Below are positions 45,882-57,166 of a DNA stretch of 64,000 bases, one piece after another; positions within the stretch are counted from its first letter, which is position 1, and each line of letters begins with the position of its first letter. This DNA is from Escherichia coli (GTDB lineage: Bacteria; Pseudomonadota; Gammaproteobacteria; Enterobacterales; Enterobacteriaceae). The DNA is taken from assembly GCF_016026235.1 (NCBI RefSeq), contig NZ_CP065613.1. One strand, given 5' to 3'. Below the pieces are notes generated by a model. It searched no databases. It worked only from the letters and a program-made list of their open reading frames with translations, and was not told the origin of the DNA. The position numbers were made by a program, and so were the translations under genes.

Positions 45882-47648
45882 ATGAATAATTCTATTAACC
45901 ATAAATTTCATCACATTAGCCGGGCTGAATACCAGGAATTGTTAGCCGTTTCCCGTGGCGACGCTGTTGCCGATTATATTATTGATAATGTCTCTATTCT
46001 CGACCTGATCAATGGCGGAGAAATTTCCGGCCCAATTGTGATTAAAGGACGTTACATTGCCGGTGTTGGCGCAGAATACACTGATGCTCCGGCTTTGCAG
46101 CGGATTGATGCCCGCGGCGCAACGGCGGTGCCAGGGTTTATTGATGCTCACCTGCATATTGAATCCAGCATGATGACGCCGGTCACCTTTGAAACCGCTA
46201 CCCTGCCGCGTGGCCTGACGACCGTTATTTGCGACCCTCATGAAATCGTCAACGTGATGGGCGAAGCCGGATTCGCCTGGTTTGCCCGCTGTGCCGAACA
46301 GGCAAGGCAAAACCAGTACTTACAGGTCAGCTCTTGCGTACCCGCCCTGGAAGGCTGCGATGTTAACGGTGCCAGTTTTACCCTTGAACAGATGCTCGCC
46401 TGGCGGGACCATCCGCAGGTTACCGGCCTTGCAGAAATGATGGACTACCCTGGCGTAATTAGCGGGCAGAATGCGCTGCTCGATAAACTGGATGCATTTC
46501 GCTACCTGACGCTGGACGGTCACTGTCCGGGTTTGGGTGGCAAAGAACTTAACGCCTATATTGCTGCGGGTATTGAAAACTGCCACGAAAGTTATCAGCT
46601 GGAAGAAGGACGGCGGAAATTACAACTCGGCATGTCGTTGATGATCCGCGAAGGGTCCGCTGCCCGCAATCTCAACGCACTGGCACCGTTGATCAACGAA
46701 TTTAACAGCCCGCAATGCATGCTCTGTACCGATGACCGTAACCCGTGGGAAATCGCTCATGAAGGGCATATCGATGCCTTAATTCGCCGCCTGATCGAAC
46801 AACACAATGTGCCGCTGCATGTGGCATATCGCGTCGCCAGCTGGTCGACGGCGCGCCACTTTGGTCTGAATCACCTGGGCTTACTGGCACCCGGTAAGCA
46901 GGCTGATATCGTCCTGTTGAGCGATGCGCGTAAGGTCACGGTGCAGCAGGTACTGGTGAAAGGCGAACCGATTGACGCACAAACCTTACAGGCGGAAGAG
47001 TCGGCGAGACTGGCGCAGTCTGCCCCGCCATTTGGCAATACCATTGCCCGCCAGCCAGTTTCCGCCAGCGACTTTGCCCTGCAATTCATGCCCGGAAAAC
47101 GCTATCGGGTCATTGACGTCATCCATAACGAATTGATTACGCACTCCCGCTCCAGCGTCTATAGCGAAAATGGTTTTGATCGCGATGATGTGTGCTTTAT
47201 TGCCGTACTTGAGCGTTACGGGCAACGGCTGGCTCCGGCCTGTGGTTTGCTCGGCGGCTTTGGCCTGAATGAAGGTGCGCTGGCTGCGACGGTCAGCCAT
47301 GACAGCCATAATATTGTGGTGATCGGTCGCAGTGCGGAAGAGATGGCGCTGGCGGTCAATCAGGTGATTCAGGATGGCGGCGGGCTGTGCGTGGTACGTA
47401 ACGGCCAGGTACAAAGTCATCTACCGTTGCCCATTGCCGGGCTGATGAGCACCGACACGGCGCAGTCGCTGGCCGAGCAAATTGACGCCTTGAAAGCCGC
47501 CGCCCGTGAATGCGGTCCGTTACCCGATGAGCCGTTTATTCAGATGGCGTTTCTTTCTCTGCCAGTGATCCCCGAGCTAAAACTAACCAGTCAGGGGCTA
47601 TTTGATGGCGAGAAGTTTGCCTTCACCACGCTAGAAGTCACGGAATAA
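45882..47648 (+). CDS. ade: adenine deaminase
   Basis: 588 aa [41 protein letters not shown]... with amidohydrolase metal-binding motif ([10 protein letters not shown]). Confidence 0.95.
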   Translation: MNNSINHKFHHISRAEYQELLAVSRGDAVADYIIDNVSILDLINGGEISGPIVIKGRYIAGVGAEYTDAPALQRIDARGATAVPGFIDAHLHIESSMMTPVTFETATLPRGLTTVICDPHEIVNVMGEAGFAWFARCAEQARQNQYLQVSSCVPALEGCDVNGASFTLEQMLAWRDHPQVTGLAEMMDYPGVISGQNALLDKLDAFRYLTLDGHCPGLGGKELNAYIAAGIENCHESYQLEEGRRKLQLGMSLMIREGSAARNLNALAPLINEFNSPQCMLCTDDRNPWEIAHEGHIDALIRRLIEQHNVPLHVAYRVASWSTARHFGLNHLGLLAPGKQADIVLLSDARKVTVQQVLVKGEPIDAQTLQAEESARLAQSAPPFGNTIARQPVSASDFALQFMPGKRYRVIDVIHNELITHSRSSVYSENGFDRDDVCFIAVLERYGQRLAPACGLLGGFGLNEGALAATVSHDSHNIVVIGRSAEEMALAVNQVIQDGGGLCVVRNGQVQSHLPLPIAGLMSTDTAQSLAEQIDALKAAARECGPLPDEPFIQMAFLSLPVIPELKLTSQGLFDGEKFAFTTLEVTE

Positions 47649-47690
47649 AAAAAGCCCGGCGTCATGCCGGGCAAAAGTCACCAGTTACGT

Positions 47691-49082
47691 TTATGCCACT
47701 GTCAACTGCTGAATTTTTTTCTCGCGGCGGATTTTGCGTTCTTCCATCACCGCCACTATCGCCATCAGGCAGATACAACCAATCGCGGCGATATCCAGCG
47801 CGGCGAAGGTGCCTGCCCAGCCGGTAAGGCCGAATACCGGCGTCCCATCGGCAATCATTCCCAGACCTAACTTGGCAAAGCTGTCACCAATCAGGTAAGC
47901 AAAGGTGCCTTTAATACCATCGGCAGCGCCAATCGCTTTTTTAGGTACAAAGCCAACAGCAGCCACACCAATCAACAATTGCGGGCCAAAGACCAGGAAA
48001 CCCAACGCAAAGAGAGAAGCCAGATAGATATATTGATTGCTGGCATGTTGATACACACCGAGCGTGGCGATAATCAGCGCCAGCGCGATGCAGGCCACCA
48101 GGCCACGGCGACCGTTCGCCAGATCAGAGAGCCAGCCCCACAGCAGCGTACCGACCAGCGCACCGGCTTCAAACAGCGTAAAGCCCTGAATCGCCACCGC
48201 TTTAGAGAGTTTCAGTTCCTGGAACGCGTACACGGTTGACCACTGGTCGATACCAATACGCACCACATAGAGGAAAATGTTGGCGAAGCACAGCAGCCAG
48301 ATCACTTTGTTTTTCAGCACATACTCAACAAAGATCTGCCACTTGGTCATATCGGTAGATTCAGTCTCTTTGTCCTCTTCGCTGATCTCCTCGCCGAACA
48401 GCTCTTCAGCTTTGCCGAGGCCATAAGATTCCGGGGAGTCGCTGCCGTAACGCAGGCCGATAAAACCAACAATCAGCGCGATAATCGACGGGAAGATAAA
48501 CATGCCGATGACATGGCCATCGAACAGGTAATTTGCACCGAACAGCGCCACACCTGCTGCGCCTGCACCGCCAAGGTTGTGAGAAATATTCCAGAAACCG
48601 AGGAATGTCCCGCGTTTACGACGCGGCGTCCATTTGGTGATGGTGGAGTAACTGCACGAACCGCCGGTACTCTGGAAAAAGCCGCTTAAGGCGTAGAAGG
48701 CAATCATCAGGAACAGGCTAACCGAGCCGCTGCCCATACTGGCACTGAAGCCCAGCATACAAATGGCAGACAGGATAAGCATAAACGGCAGGAATTGTTT
48801 GGTGTTTTTGCCGTCGGCGTAGTAGGAAACCAGCGTTTTACCCACGCCATAAGTGATGGAGAAACCCAGGCCGATCATCCCCAGCTGCGTCATGCTCAAC
48901 CCGTAGGTCGAAATCATGTCGTTCTGCGCGATGTTAAAGTTCTTGCGAATCAGGTACATCGTCAGGTAGCCGATAAAGACCACCAGGTAGGATTGCATGA
49001 ACGGTTTGAACCACATTTTGCGCCGCACTTCGAGCGGAAGGTCCAGGGTCGGCTTGCGAACCTGGTTTAGGAAAGCCAGCAT
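47691..49082 (-). CDS. uhpT: hexose-6-phosphate:phosphate antiporter
   Basis: 463 aa [40 protein letters not shown]... Confidence 0.95.
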   Translation of the reverse strand: MLAFLNQVRKPTLDLPLEVRRKMWFKPFMQSYLVVFIGYLTMYLIRKNFNIAQNDMISTYGLSMTQLGMIGLGFSITYGVGKTLVSYYADGKNTKQFLPFMLILSAICMLGFSASMGSGSVSLFLMIAFYALSGFFQSTGGSCSYSTITKWTPRRKRGTFLGFWNISHNLGGAGAAGVALFGANYLFDGHVIGMFIFPSIIALIVGFIGLRYGSDSPESYGLGKAEELFGEEISEEDKETESTDMTKWQIFVEYVLKNKVIWLLCFANIFLYVVRIGIDQWSTVYAFQELKLSKAVAIQGFTLFEAGALVGTLLWGWLSDLANGRRGLVACIALALIIATLGVYQHASNQYIYLASLFALGFLVFGPQLLIGVAAVGFVPKKAIGAADGIKGTFAYLIGDSFAKLGLGMIADGTPVFGLTGWAGTFAALDIAAIGCICLMAIVAVMEERKIRREKKIQQLTVA

Positions 49083-49219
49083 GGGTTACTCCTGAAATGA
49101 ATACCTGCGTGAGGCATGCATTGTAAAAATCAGCAGCAAATCAGGCCTGAGATAGCGTCCAGGCAAAACCTGGAAAATTTCTTAGTTTTGCCGGATATGA
49201 AGTGAAAAGGTGAGATGCA

Positions 49220-50539
49220 TCACGCTTCGCGCGGTGTCTGGGCGTTCAAAAAGGGCAGTAACAGCAGTGCGGAAACCCCGGCGGCGATAGAGATAACCAC
49301 AAAAAATCCGCTCCAGTGCCAGGTATCGAGTACTTTCGCCAGCGGCCAACCAGCAAGCGACGCCCCCAGATAAGCAAACAAGCCGACAAACCCCGTCGCC
49401 GCCCCTGCCGCCTCTTTGTGGGAACACTCTGCCGCCGCCATGCCGATTAACATCTGCGGGCCAAAGACAAAAAAACCAATGGTGAAGAAGCAGGTTGCCT
49501 GCATCACGTAGCTGGCAAATGGCATCAGCCACAGCGAGCCGACTGAAAGCAAAATTCCGGCGGCGAAAATCAAATTCATCGGCCCACGGTTGCCGTTAAA
49601 CAATTTGTCCGAGCCCCAACCCGCTACCAGCGCACCGATAAATCCACCCAGTTCAAACATCGTCACTGCCGTATTCGCCGTGACCAGATCGACGCCCAGC
49701 GTCTCGGACATATACAAATTGCCCCAGTCGTTGATCGCCGCCCGGACCACATAGACCAGCACATAGCAAAACGAAAGCAGCCAGATATACGGATTCAGCA
49801 ACACATATTTGGTGAGGATCTCTTTACGCGTCAGCCCTGCCCCTTCTTGTTGTTGAGCAATCTCCAGCGCGTCGTGCCGCCATTCACCGACCGCCGGTAA
49901 ACCTAACGCCTGCGGGCGATCGCGCAGCCGCCAGCAGAGAAAAATCCCCACGACGATCGCCATACAACCAGCAATCATCATCCCGGCACGCCAGCCGTAA
50001 TGTAGTGCAGCCGCTGCCATCACAATGGGAATGAGTGCGCCGCCGACGTTATGCGCCGTGTTCCATAATGCCCACCAACCGCCGCGCTCGGTACGAGAAT
50101 ACCAAGCGGTTAACAGACGCGCACACACCGGTGAACCCCAGCCCTGGAAAAAGGCGTTCAGCACCCAGAGCACGGCAAACGCCCATAGCGACGTCGAGAA
50201 GCCAAACAGAATGTTGATGATGCCCGTGGCAATAAGCCCTATCCCCATAAAATAACGGGCATTTGAACGATCGCTGACAATGCCGGAGACAAACTTCGAC
50301 ACGCCGTAAGTAATGTAAAACAGGGTCGCTAACAGGCCGATATCGCTACGGCTGAGCACGCCGTTAGCAAGGATTTCTGGTACGGCGGCGTTAAAACTTT
50401 TACGCGTGAAGTAAAACAGCGCGTAACCCAGCCAGATGGTCAGCAGAATATGCCGACGCCAGTAGCGATAACGGGCATCAATTTCATGTTTATCAGTCAT
50501 TAATGGCGCATCGGCAGGCGCTTTCAGAAACGGCAACAT
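49220..50539 (-). CDS. uhpC: glucose-6-phosphate sensor protein UhpC
   Basis: 439 aa from MLPFLKAPADAPLMTDKHEIDARYRYWRRHILLTIWLGYALFYF... Confidence 0.95.
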   Translation of the reverse strand: MLPFLKAPADAPLMTDKHEIDARYRYWRRHILLTIWLGYALFYFTRKSFNAAVPEILANGVLSRSDIGLLATLFYITYGVSKFVSGIVSDRSNARYFMGIGLIATGIINILFGFSTSLWAFAVLWVLNAFFQGWGSPVCARLLTAWYSRTERGGWWALWNTAHNVGGALIPIVMAAAALHYGWRAGMMIAGCMAIVVGIFLCWRLRDRPQALGLPAVGEWRHDALEIAQQQEGAGLTRKEILTKYVLLNPYIWLLSFCYVLVYVVRAAINDWGNLYMSETLGVDLVTANTAVTMFELGGFIGALVAGWGSDKLFNGNRGPMNLIFAAGILLSVGSLWLMPFASYVMQATCFFTIGFFVFGPQMLIGMAAAECSHKEAAGAATGFVGLFAYLGASLAGWPLAKVLDTWHWSGFFVVISIAAGVSALLLLPFLNAQTPREA

Positions 50540-50548
50540 CATCGAACC

Positions 50549-52051
50549 TTAGACATAACGTTGAGGTAGAGAAACGCTGACACGCGTGCCGTGCAGACAG
50601 GAAATGTGTAATGTGCCGCCCAGCGCCGTTACGCGCTCGCGCATTCCGGTGAGGCCAAAACCTTGTTGCCCGAAACCCGGCGGCAAACCGCTGCCATCGT
50701 CTTCAATCACCAGCATCAACCGTTCATCCTGCTGCCAGCCTTGCAGCGTGACCGCGCTGGCATCAGCATGTTTCACAATGTTGTTCAGCCCTTCCTGGCA
50801 GACACGAAACAGCGTCACGCGCTGGTTTTCACTTAATGCTGATTCATCGATTCGCCATTCGAGATGGCTGACAATGCCGCGCCCTTCCAGCTCCATTTCC
50901 CGCATCAGTGAGCGGATGGCCTGCTCCAGGGTGAGATCATCCAACTGGCGCGGACGTAACCGTCCTAATAAACGGCGCACCGCGTCGTAAACGCCCAGCG
51001 ACAGTTGTTCGATGAGCTGTCCGCTCTGCTTCACACTGGCGTTATCTGCCGCCAGTCGCTGAACAATGCCCGCCTGAGTACGAATAGCAGTGATGGTCTG
51101 ACCGATATCATCATGCAGCTCACGCGCCACATCACGACGCACGCTCTCTTCGGTTTCCAGCAACCGTTCAGCCAGATGCTGATTGCGCGCCAGTTCCTTT
51201 TGCAGCGACTGGTTAAGTTCACGCAACCGCTGGATGCCAGCGCCCAGTAACAACCCTGTCAGACTTTGCACCAGCAACGAGAGCAATAAATCCACCGGAT
51301 GATCGCGCCAGGTTTGACTGGCGATCAGCGCGATGGCGTTCATCAACGTCGCGATCAGCGCCCCTTGCCAACCGTAGTGCCAGGCCAGCGCGATAATCGG
51401 CAGCGCCAGGCAGAATGGCGTAAAGCGCGACAGTTCGTCCGGCAATCCCAACTGGAGCCAGAGACTAATAACAAACAACAGCAAGTACCAGACCAGATGC
51501 CGCCCGCGCCAGTTGATCGGTTGAGAAACCAGTGACGGGCCGAGCGGCAGCCAGGTGTTATTGGCGAGATAGTGCCAGAACACCAGACATATCGGGGCCA
51601 GCGTCAGGCCGCCAGTTAAAGTCAGCAACAGCGCATTCCACGACTCTTTGCCGTGCCAAAGCCAGGGCAGCGACTGCAACAACGCCGCCGCCGTTAACGC
51701 CGTCCCCTGTAACAGCAAGGTGCGCCAGTCACGCTGATGGCGATAGCGCGAGATCAGCGCTACGGGCAGTAACGTCAGTAAACTACCGATCATCAATAAC
51801 GGAAAATGGGTTAAACCGACCGCCTGCGTTAGCCAGTAAATCAGCAGCCATTCCGCACCCAGCAATACGGGCCAGTATCCGCGCGGGCATTGCAGCATTA
51901 GCCCTAGCCGCAGACCAAACGGAAATAACAGCACCGCCATATCAGGGCGCTCAACCAGGTGCAGGCTGATACTCCACAGGCAAAACCATGCGGCAGAGAA
52001 GATAAAAAAGCAGGCAATAACGGTAATTAAGCGGGAGAACAACGTCTTCAT
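50549..52051 (-). CDS. uhpB: sensor histidine kinase UhpB
   Basis: 500 aa from [22 protein letters not shown]...; HisKA_3-type H-box (ELHDDIGQT) and ATPase domain. Confidence 0.95.
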   Translation of the reverse strand: MKTLFSRLITVIACFFIFSAAWFCLWSISLHLVERPDMAVLLFPFGLRLGLMLQCPRGYWPVLLGAEWLLIYWLTQAVGLTHFPLLMIGSLLTLLPVALISRYRHQRDWRTLLLQGTALTAAALLQSLPWLWHGKESWNALLLTLTGGLTLAPICLVFWHYLANNTWLPLGPSLVSQPINWRGRHLVWYLLLFVISLWLQLGLPDELSRFTPFCLALPIIALAWHYGWQGALIATLMNAIALIASQTWRDHPVDLLLSLLVQSLTGLLLGAGIQRLRELNQSLQKELARNQHLAERLLETEESVRRDVARELHDDIGQTITAIRTQAGIVQRLAADNASVKQSGQLIEQLSLGVYDAVRRLLGRLRPRQLDDLTLEQAIRSLMREMELEGRGIVSHLEWRIDESALSENQRVTLFRVCQEGLNNIVKHADASAVTLQGWQQDERLMLVIEDDGSGLPPGFGQQGFGLTGMRERVTALGGTLHISCLHGTRVSVSLPQRYV

Positions 52052-52641
52052 CACCAGCCATCAAACATGCGGCGCGCCAGTTCTACGTCGTTACTGACGC
52101 CCAGTTTTTCCATCAGATTGGCGCGATGGACGTGTACCGTTTTCGGTGACAAGCCCAGTTCGGCGGCAATCTCTTTCACCGCCATTCCTTGCGCCAGTTT
52201 TTCCGCCACCTGGCGTTCACGTTTGGTTAGCGGGTCCTGACGACCGGATGCCAGTTTAATGGCAATATCCGCCGTCAGATAACAGCCGCCCGTGGCAACC
52301 GTATGCACCGCAGCAATGAGTTCATCCGGGCTACAGCGTTTGGAAAGAAAGCCACGTGCCCCCGCGTTAAGCGCCTGCTCAACCAGCGCAGGACTGTCGT
52401 GAACGGAGAGCATAATCGTCGCCATACCTTTCGGCAGCTGGCTTAGCAGCTCCAGACCGGAGATATCGGGCATGGAGATATCGCAAATACACACCTGCAC
52501 ACCGCGCCCCGGCAGCCCCGCCAGCGCCTCGCGCCCCGAACCAAACTCGGCAACTACCTGCAAATCAGGTTCCAGCCCCAGCAGCTGCGCAAAGCCGGAG
52601 CGGACGATGAGGTGATCGTCTATAAGGGCAACGGTGATCAT
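52051..52641 (-). CDS. uhpA: response regulator UhpA (NarL/FixJ family)
   Basis: 196 aa from [21 protein letters not shown]...; C-terminal LuxR-type HTH; its stop overlaps the uhpB start. Confidence 0.95.
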   Translation of the reverse strand: MITVALIDDHLIVRSGFAQLLGLEPDLQVVAEFGSGREALAGLPGRGVQVCICDISMPDISGLELLSQLPKGMATIMLSVHDSPALVEQALNAGARGFLSKRCSPDELIAAVHTVATGGCYLTADIAIKLASGRQDPLTKRERQVAEKLAQGMAVKEIAAELGLSPKTVHVHRANLMEKLGVSNDVELARRMFDGW

Positions 52642-52715
52642 GGTCTTGTCCTGGCGGGTAAAAAAAAACGCGCTTACCTTAACGATAAGCGCGATGTTGT
52701 TCAAGCCTTGAGCGG

Positions 52716-53006
52716 TTACTGAAAAAACACCGCGATCTTGTTAAACATCGTCGGATCGGACTGATTACGCTGCACTTTCACGACATCTTCCAGCTTATCG
52801 ATTTGGCTTATCATCTGCTCCAGACGCTGGTCGTCATTGACCAGTAGCCAGATATGGCTTTTGTCGCTGTCCTGAATCGGCAGACAAAGAATGCCTTCAA
52901 CGTTAAAAGCGCGGCGGGCAAAAAGGCCACAAACGTGGGTCATTACGCCCGGATGGTTGCGAACGGTGAGCTCCAGAATTACGTTGTTATGAGTTGTGTT
53001 TTGCAT
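52716..53006 (-). CDS. ilvN: acetolactate synthase I small (regulatory) subunit
   Basis: 96 aa [40 protein letters not shown]... (ACT domain). Confidence 0.95.
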   Translation of the reverse strand: MQNTTHNNVILELTVRNHPGVMTHVCGLFARRAFNVEGILCLPIQDSDKSHIWLLVNDDQRLEQMISQIDKLEDVVKVQRNQSDPTMFNKIAVFFQ

Positions 53007-53009
53007 GGC

Positions 53010-54698
53010 TTATTCCCCCACCATTTCAGTATTCGCCGCACCTGGCGGCACCATCGGGTAAACTTTTTCTTCGGCATCAATGCGCACATGGATCAGCGCC
53101 GGGCCAGGGCGATTGATGATTTCCTGCAATGCAGCCTGCGGATCGGCTTCGTTATTCAAATCACAGGTTTCGAGGCCGAATCCGGCGGCAATCTGCATAA
53201 AGTTGATTTTGCCCGGATAGGTGGCGGCAAAAACGCCTTGCTCGTAGAACAGACTCTGTTGCTGATGCACCAGCCCCAGCGCTTCGTTGTTCATCAGAAT
53301 GATTTTGACATCCAGCTGATTTTCACTGGCGGTCGCCATCTCCTGAATATTCATCATCAGGCTGCCGTCGCCGGAGAAACACAACACTTTGCGATCCAGG
53401 TTCGCCAGCGCCGCGCCAATCGCCGCAGGCAGGCCAAAACCCATCGTGCCCAGCCCACCGGAGGTCAGCCACTGGCGTGGGCGATTGAGCGGATAAGCTT
53501 GCGCGGTCCACATCTGATGCTGACCCACATCGGTGGTGATAATCGCATTGTCATCGACACAGGCGGCAACGGCGTTGATCAGGCCGTAATGGCTTAATGG
53601 ATCGCACGCTTTCGGGATTGGACACGGGAATTCGCGCTGCAAATCCGCTACCAACTGGTGCCACTCTGCACGCGGTTGCGCTTCCACCTGCGGGATCAAT
53701 TGCGCCAGCACGTCATCAACATCAGCCTGAATCGCCACATGCGGCTGCTTGATTTTACCCAGCTCTGCGCGATCGATATCGACATGAATAATTTTGGCAT
53801 TCGGACAGAACTGCTCGGTTTTGCCAATCGCCCGGTCATCAAAACGCGCACCGAGCACTATCAACAAATCCGCCTCCTGCAAAATATAGTTGGTGCTGCG
53901 CACGCCGTGCATCCCCAGCATACCCAGCGACAACGGATGCGCTTTTGGCAACATGCCCAGCGCCATTAAAGTCATGGTGGTAGGCAGTTGCGCTTTCTCC
54001 GCCAGTTCACGCACCCGTGCGGGCGCATTGATCACACCGCCGCCCAGATAAAGCACCGGGCGTTTGGCAGCGTTAATCATCGCCGCTGCGTCACGAATGC
54101 TTTCTTCGCTAAAGGCGGGGGCGGCGGCTTTTTCTGCCATAGCGGGCTGTGTTTCAATCTCAAAAACTGCCGTTTGCACATCCTTAGGAATGTCTATCCA
54201 CACCGGGCCTGGGCGGCCTGATTGCGCAATGCGGAAGGCATCGCTCATGACCTGCGGGAGTTCTTCGATATGTCTGACCAGATAGTTGTGTTTGGTGATG
54301 GGGATAGAGATGCCGTAGGTGTCCACTTCCTGGAAGGCGTCGGTGCCGATCATCGAGGCGAGAACCTGACCGGTGATGCAAATCAGCGGGATGGAGTCCA
54401 GCCGCGCATCGGCAATGGCGGTCACCAGGTTAGTCGCACCCGGTCCGCTACAGGCCATACAGACCGCCGGTTTACCGTCGGTGCGCGCCATCCCCTGAGC
54501 GATAAATCCCGCGCCCTGTTCATGACGGGCCAGAATATGGCGGATTTGCGTGCTTTGGCTTAAGGCATCGTAAACAGGCAGGATAGAACCGCCCGGAATG
54601 CCCGTCACAATCTTAATGCCCTGCTGTTCCAGGAAATGAACGATAAATTCTGCGCCGGTAAAGCGCTTACGCGTCGATGTTGTGCCCGAACTTGCCAT
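53010..54698 (-). CDS. ilvB: acetolactate synthase I large subunit
   Basis: 562 aa MASSGTTSTRKRFTGAEFIVHFLEQQGIKIVTGIPGGSILPVYDAL..., ThDP-dependent enzyme. Confidence 0.95.
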   Translation of the reverse strand: MASSGTTSTRKRFTGAEFIVHFLEQQGIKIVTGIPGGSILPVYDALSQSTQIRHILARHEQGAGFIAQGMARTDGKPAVCMACSGPGATNLVTAIADARLDSIPLICITGQVLASMIGTDAFQEVDTYGISIPITKHNYLVRHIEELPQVMSDAFRIAQSGRPGPVWIDIPKDVQTAVFEIETQPAMAEKAAAPAFSEESIRDAAAMINAAKRPVLYLGGGVINAPARVRELAEKAQLPTTMTLMALGMLPKAHPLSLGMLGMHGVRSTNYILQEADLLIVLGARFDDRAIGKTEQFCPNAKIIHVDIDRAELGKIKQPHVAIQADVDDVLAQLIPQVEAQPRAEWHQLVADLQREFPCPIPKACDPLSHYGLINAVAACVDDNAIITTDVGQHQMWTAQAYPLNRPRQWLTSGGLGTMGFGLPAAIGAALANLDRKVLCFSGDGSLMMNIQEMATASENQLDVKIILMNNEALGLVHQQQSLFYEQGVFAATYPGKINFMQIAAGFGLETCDLNNEADPQAALQEIINRPGPALIHVRIDAEEKVYPMVPPGAANTEMVGE

Positions 54699-54742
54699 GC
54701 TCCAGTCCTTTTCTTCTGGGCCGACTTTCCGGGAGGTGCTTA

Positions 54743-54780
54743 AACGAAAAACCCCGCCCGGTTTGCGCCGGCGGGGTTTT
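54743..54780 (-). terminator. ilvB attenuator terminator
   Basis: Minus-strand AAAACCCCGCCGGCGCAAACCGGGCGGGGUUUUUCGUUU hairpin plus U-run between the ivbL leader and ilvB. Confidence 0.6.
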
Positions 54781-54803
54781 GGAATCGTGTGTTGTTCCAG
54801 TCC

Positions 54804-54902
54804 CTACGGCGCATTGCCGACGACCACCACCACACGCACGACGACCACTGCGGCGGATGGCGCAGTTGGTAGTAGTTTTGCGTTGAACATGGAAGTAGTC
54901 AT
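54804..54902 (-). CDS. ivbL: ilvB operon leader peptide
   Basis: Hand-translated 32-aa ORF MTTSMLNAKLLPTAPSAAVVVVRVVVVVGNAP with Val/Leu-rich regulatory codons. Confidence 0.85.
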   Translation of the reverse strand: MTTSMFNAKLLPTAPSAAVVVVRVVVVVGNAP

Positions 54903-55028
54903 TGGGGACCTTGTTGGTTTTGTGTTTAACAATATTTATACAAGCACAGCTTTACAGGGGAGACAATGGAAAATTTTTCAGCAAGGGAAAATTGAGGGGT
55001 TGATCACGTTTTGCACTGAATTGCAGGT

Positions 55029-55170
55029 AACAAAAAACCCCGCCGGAGCGAGGTTTCGTCAGCCGCCTGCGGCTGGTAACCGCAAAGCACACTGTATTAT
55101 GTCAACACTGAAAGTATACCTGTTCCGCGCAGAACGCGCAATTTCGGCACGAATTTTGACGTATTTAGTA
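55029..55170 (-). ncRNA. istR: IstR small RNA (antitoxin RNA of the tisB type I toxin system); boundaries approximate
   Basis: Minus-strand terminator at 55029-55058; the segment GCACACTGTATTATGTCAACA (55087-55107) is a near-identical direct repeat of 55345-55365 in the tisB leader, as needed for a divergently encoded RNA to pair with tisB mRNA. Confidence 0.45.
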
Positions 55171-55212
55171 CATAGTTGAGTATCGATCACAGTTTGCGTT
55201 TTGTCCAAAAAT

Positions 55213-55232
55213 TACTGTTTATTTATACAGTA
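55213..55232. promoter_or_regulatory. LexA operator controlling the tisAB/istR-2 promoters
   Basis: TACTGTTTATTTATACAGTA fits CTGT-N8-ACAG, with a TATAAT -10 box immediately downstream (55241-55246). Confidence 0.6.
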
Positions 55233-55466
55233 AACTTCTATAATATCACTGTACGCAATGTGTTATGCGGGGGCCGCATCGTTACCCGGCGCACTAAGTC
55301 CTGGCTGAAACGGGTGGTGCCGTCAGCGCCTTAACCCCGCGTGAGCACACTGTGTTATGTCAACAAGCACAACGTTTCTCCTTGAGATACCGCGTGCACA
55401 ACAGCTGGCAACAGGCAGCGGAAAGGTACGTCAGCTGGCAGTGCTCCTGAACCACAGGAGACGCGT

Positions 55467-55556
55467 ATGAGCCTGGTGGATATCGCCATTCTTATCCTCA
55501 AACTCATTGTTGCAGCACTGCAACTGCTTGATGCTGTTCTGAAATACCTGAAGTAA
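55467..55556 (+). CDS. tisB: type I toxin TisB (SOS-induced membrane peptide)
   Basis: Hand-translated 29-aa ORF MSLVDIAILILKLIVAALQLLDAVLKYLK. Confidence 0.85.
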   Translation: MSLVDIAILILKLIVAALQLLDAVLKYLK

Positions 55557-55575
55557 TTCAGATTCAAGTCGCACC

Positions 55576-55604
55576 AAAGGGGAGCGGGTAACCGCTCCCC
55601 TTTT
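55576..55604 (+). terminator. tisB rho-independent terminator
   Basis: AAAGGGGAGCGG-GTAA-CCGCTCCCCTTTT hairpin directly after the tisB stop. Confidence 0.5.
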
Positions 55605-55974
55605 ATATTTAGCGTGCGGGTTGGAGTTGGGGGCTTCTTCTACCAGCAGAATGTTTGCACCTGCGCTGCCTGTGCCCCTCACCCTAGCCCTCTCCCCAAA
55701 GGGGCGAGGGGACCGTCCCGTGCAATGTTTAGCTCATTTTCTGAAAGGGAACGGTGGTTTCCCCCTCGCCCTTTCAGGGAGAGGGTTACAGTTCGCACGT
55801 AATCCCTTCCGGCAACATTTATTGCCGCTTTTGTTTACATATTCTGCCGTTTTGCTTTTCGCCATTCCCGGCACATATCTGGCTAACATTCATCAATGTG
55901 ATAGATTCCTCTCCCGCATTTATGGGAATGCGTAGTGACTTATTCTAATTATTTTTATAAAAGCATCCGTGATA

Positions 55975-57159
55975 ATGAAAAGGCATAGAAACGTCAATTT
56001 GTTATTGATGTTGGTATTACTCGTGGCCGTCGGTCAGATGGCGCAAACCATTTATATTCCAGCTATTGCCGATATGGCGCGCGATCTCAACGTCCGTGAA
56101 GGGGCGGTGCAGAGCGTAATGGGCGCTTATCTGCTGACTTACGGTGTCTCGCAGCTGTTTTATGGCCCGATATCCGACCGCGTGGGTCGCCGACCAGTGA
56201 TCCTCGTCGGAATGTCCATTTTTATGCTGGCAACGCTGGTCGCGGTCACGACCTCCAGTTTGACGGTATTGATTGCCGCCAGCGCGATGCAGGGGATGGG
56301 CACCGGCGTTGGCGGCGTAATGGCGCGTACTTTGCCGCGTGATTTATATGAACGGACACAGTTGCGCCATGCTAACAGCCTGTTAAACATGGGGATTCTT
56401 GTTAGTCCGTTGCTCGCACCGCTAATCGGCGGTCTGCTGGATACGATGTGGAACTGGCGCGCCTGTTATCTCTTTTTGTTGGTTCTTTGTGCTGGTGTGA
56501 CCTTCAGTATGGCCCGCTGGATGCCGGAAACGCGTCCGGTCGATGCACCGCGCACGCGCCTGCTTACCAGTTATAAAACGCTTTTCGGTAACGGCGGTTT
56601 TAACTGTTATTTGCTGATGCTGATTGGCGGTCTGGCCGGGATTGCCGCCTTTGAAGCCTGCTCCGGCGTGCTGATGGGCGCGGTGTTAGGGCTGAGCAGT
56701 ATGACGGTCAGTATTTTGTTTATTCTGCCGATTCCGGCGGCATTTTTTGGGGCATGGTTTGCCGGGCGTCCTAATAAACGCTTCTCAACGTTGATGTGGC
56801 AGTCGGTTATCTGCTGCCTGCTGGCTGGCTTGCTGATGTGGATCCCCGACTGGTTTGGCGTGATGAATGTCTGGACGCTGCTTGTTCCCGCCGCGCTGTT
56901 CTTTTTCGGTGCCGGGATGCTGTTTCCGCTGGCGACCAGCGGCGCGATGGAGCCGTTCCCCTTCCTGGCGGGCACGGCTGGCGCGCTGGTCGGCGGTCTG
57001 CAAAACATTGGTTCCGGCGTACTGGCGTCGCTCTCAGCGATGTTGCCGCAAACCGGTCAGGGCAGCCTGGGGTTGTTGATGACCTTAATGGGATTGTTGA
57101 TCGTGCTGTGCTGGCTACCGCTGGCAACGCGGATGTCGCATCAGGGGCAGCCCGTTTAA
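55975..57159 (+). CDS. emrD: multidrug efflux MFS transporter EmrD
   Basis: 394 aa from MKRHRNVNLLLMLVLLVAVGQMAQTIYIPAIADMARDLNV... Confidence 0.9.
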   Translation: MKRHRNVNLLLMLVLLVAVGQMAQTIYIPAIADMARDLNVREGAVQSVMGAYLLTYGVSQLFYGPISDRVGRRPVILVGMSIFMLATLVAVTTSSLTVLIAASAMQGMGTGVGGVMARTLPRDLYERTQLRHANSLLNMGILVSPLLAPLIGGLLDTMWNWRACYLFLLVLCAGVTFSMARWMPETRPVDAPRTRLLTSYKTLFGNGGFNCYLLMLIGGLAGIAAFEACSGVLMGAVLGLSSMTVSILFILPIPAAFFGAWFAGRPNKRFSTLMWQSVICCLLAGLLMWIPDWFGVMNVWTLLVPAALFFFGAGMLFPLATSGAMEPFPFLAGTAGALVGGLQNIGSGVLASLSAMLPQTGQGSLGLLMTLMGLLIVLCWLPLATRMSHQGQPV

Positions 57160-57166
57160 GTTCACG

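Noticed and set aside
54682-55179. 165-aa plus-strand ORF across the ivbL promoter and istR region
   Set aside because: Overlaps the ivbL leader, its promoter and the predicted istR sRNA on the other strand; Thr/Arg-rich low-complexity translation; the region is known regulatory DNA.
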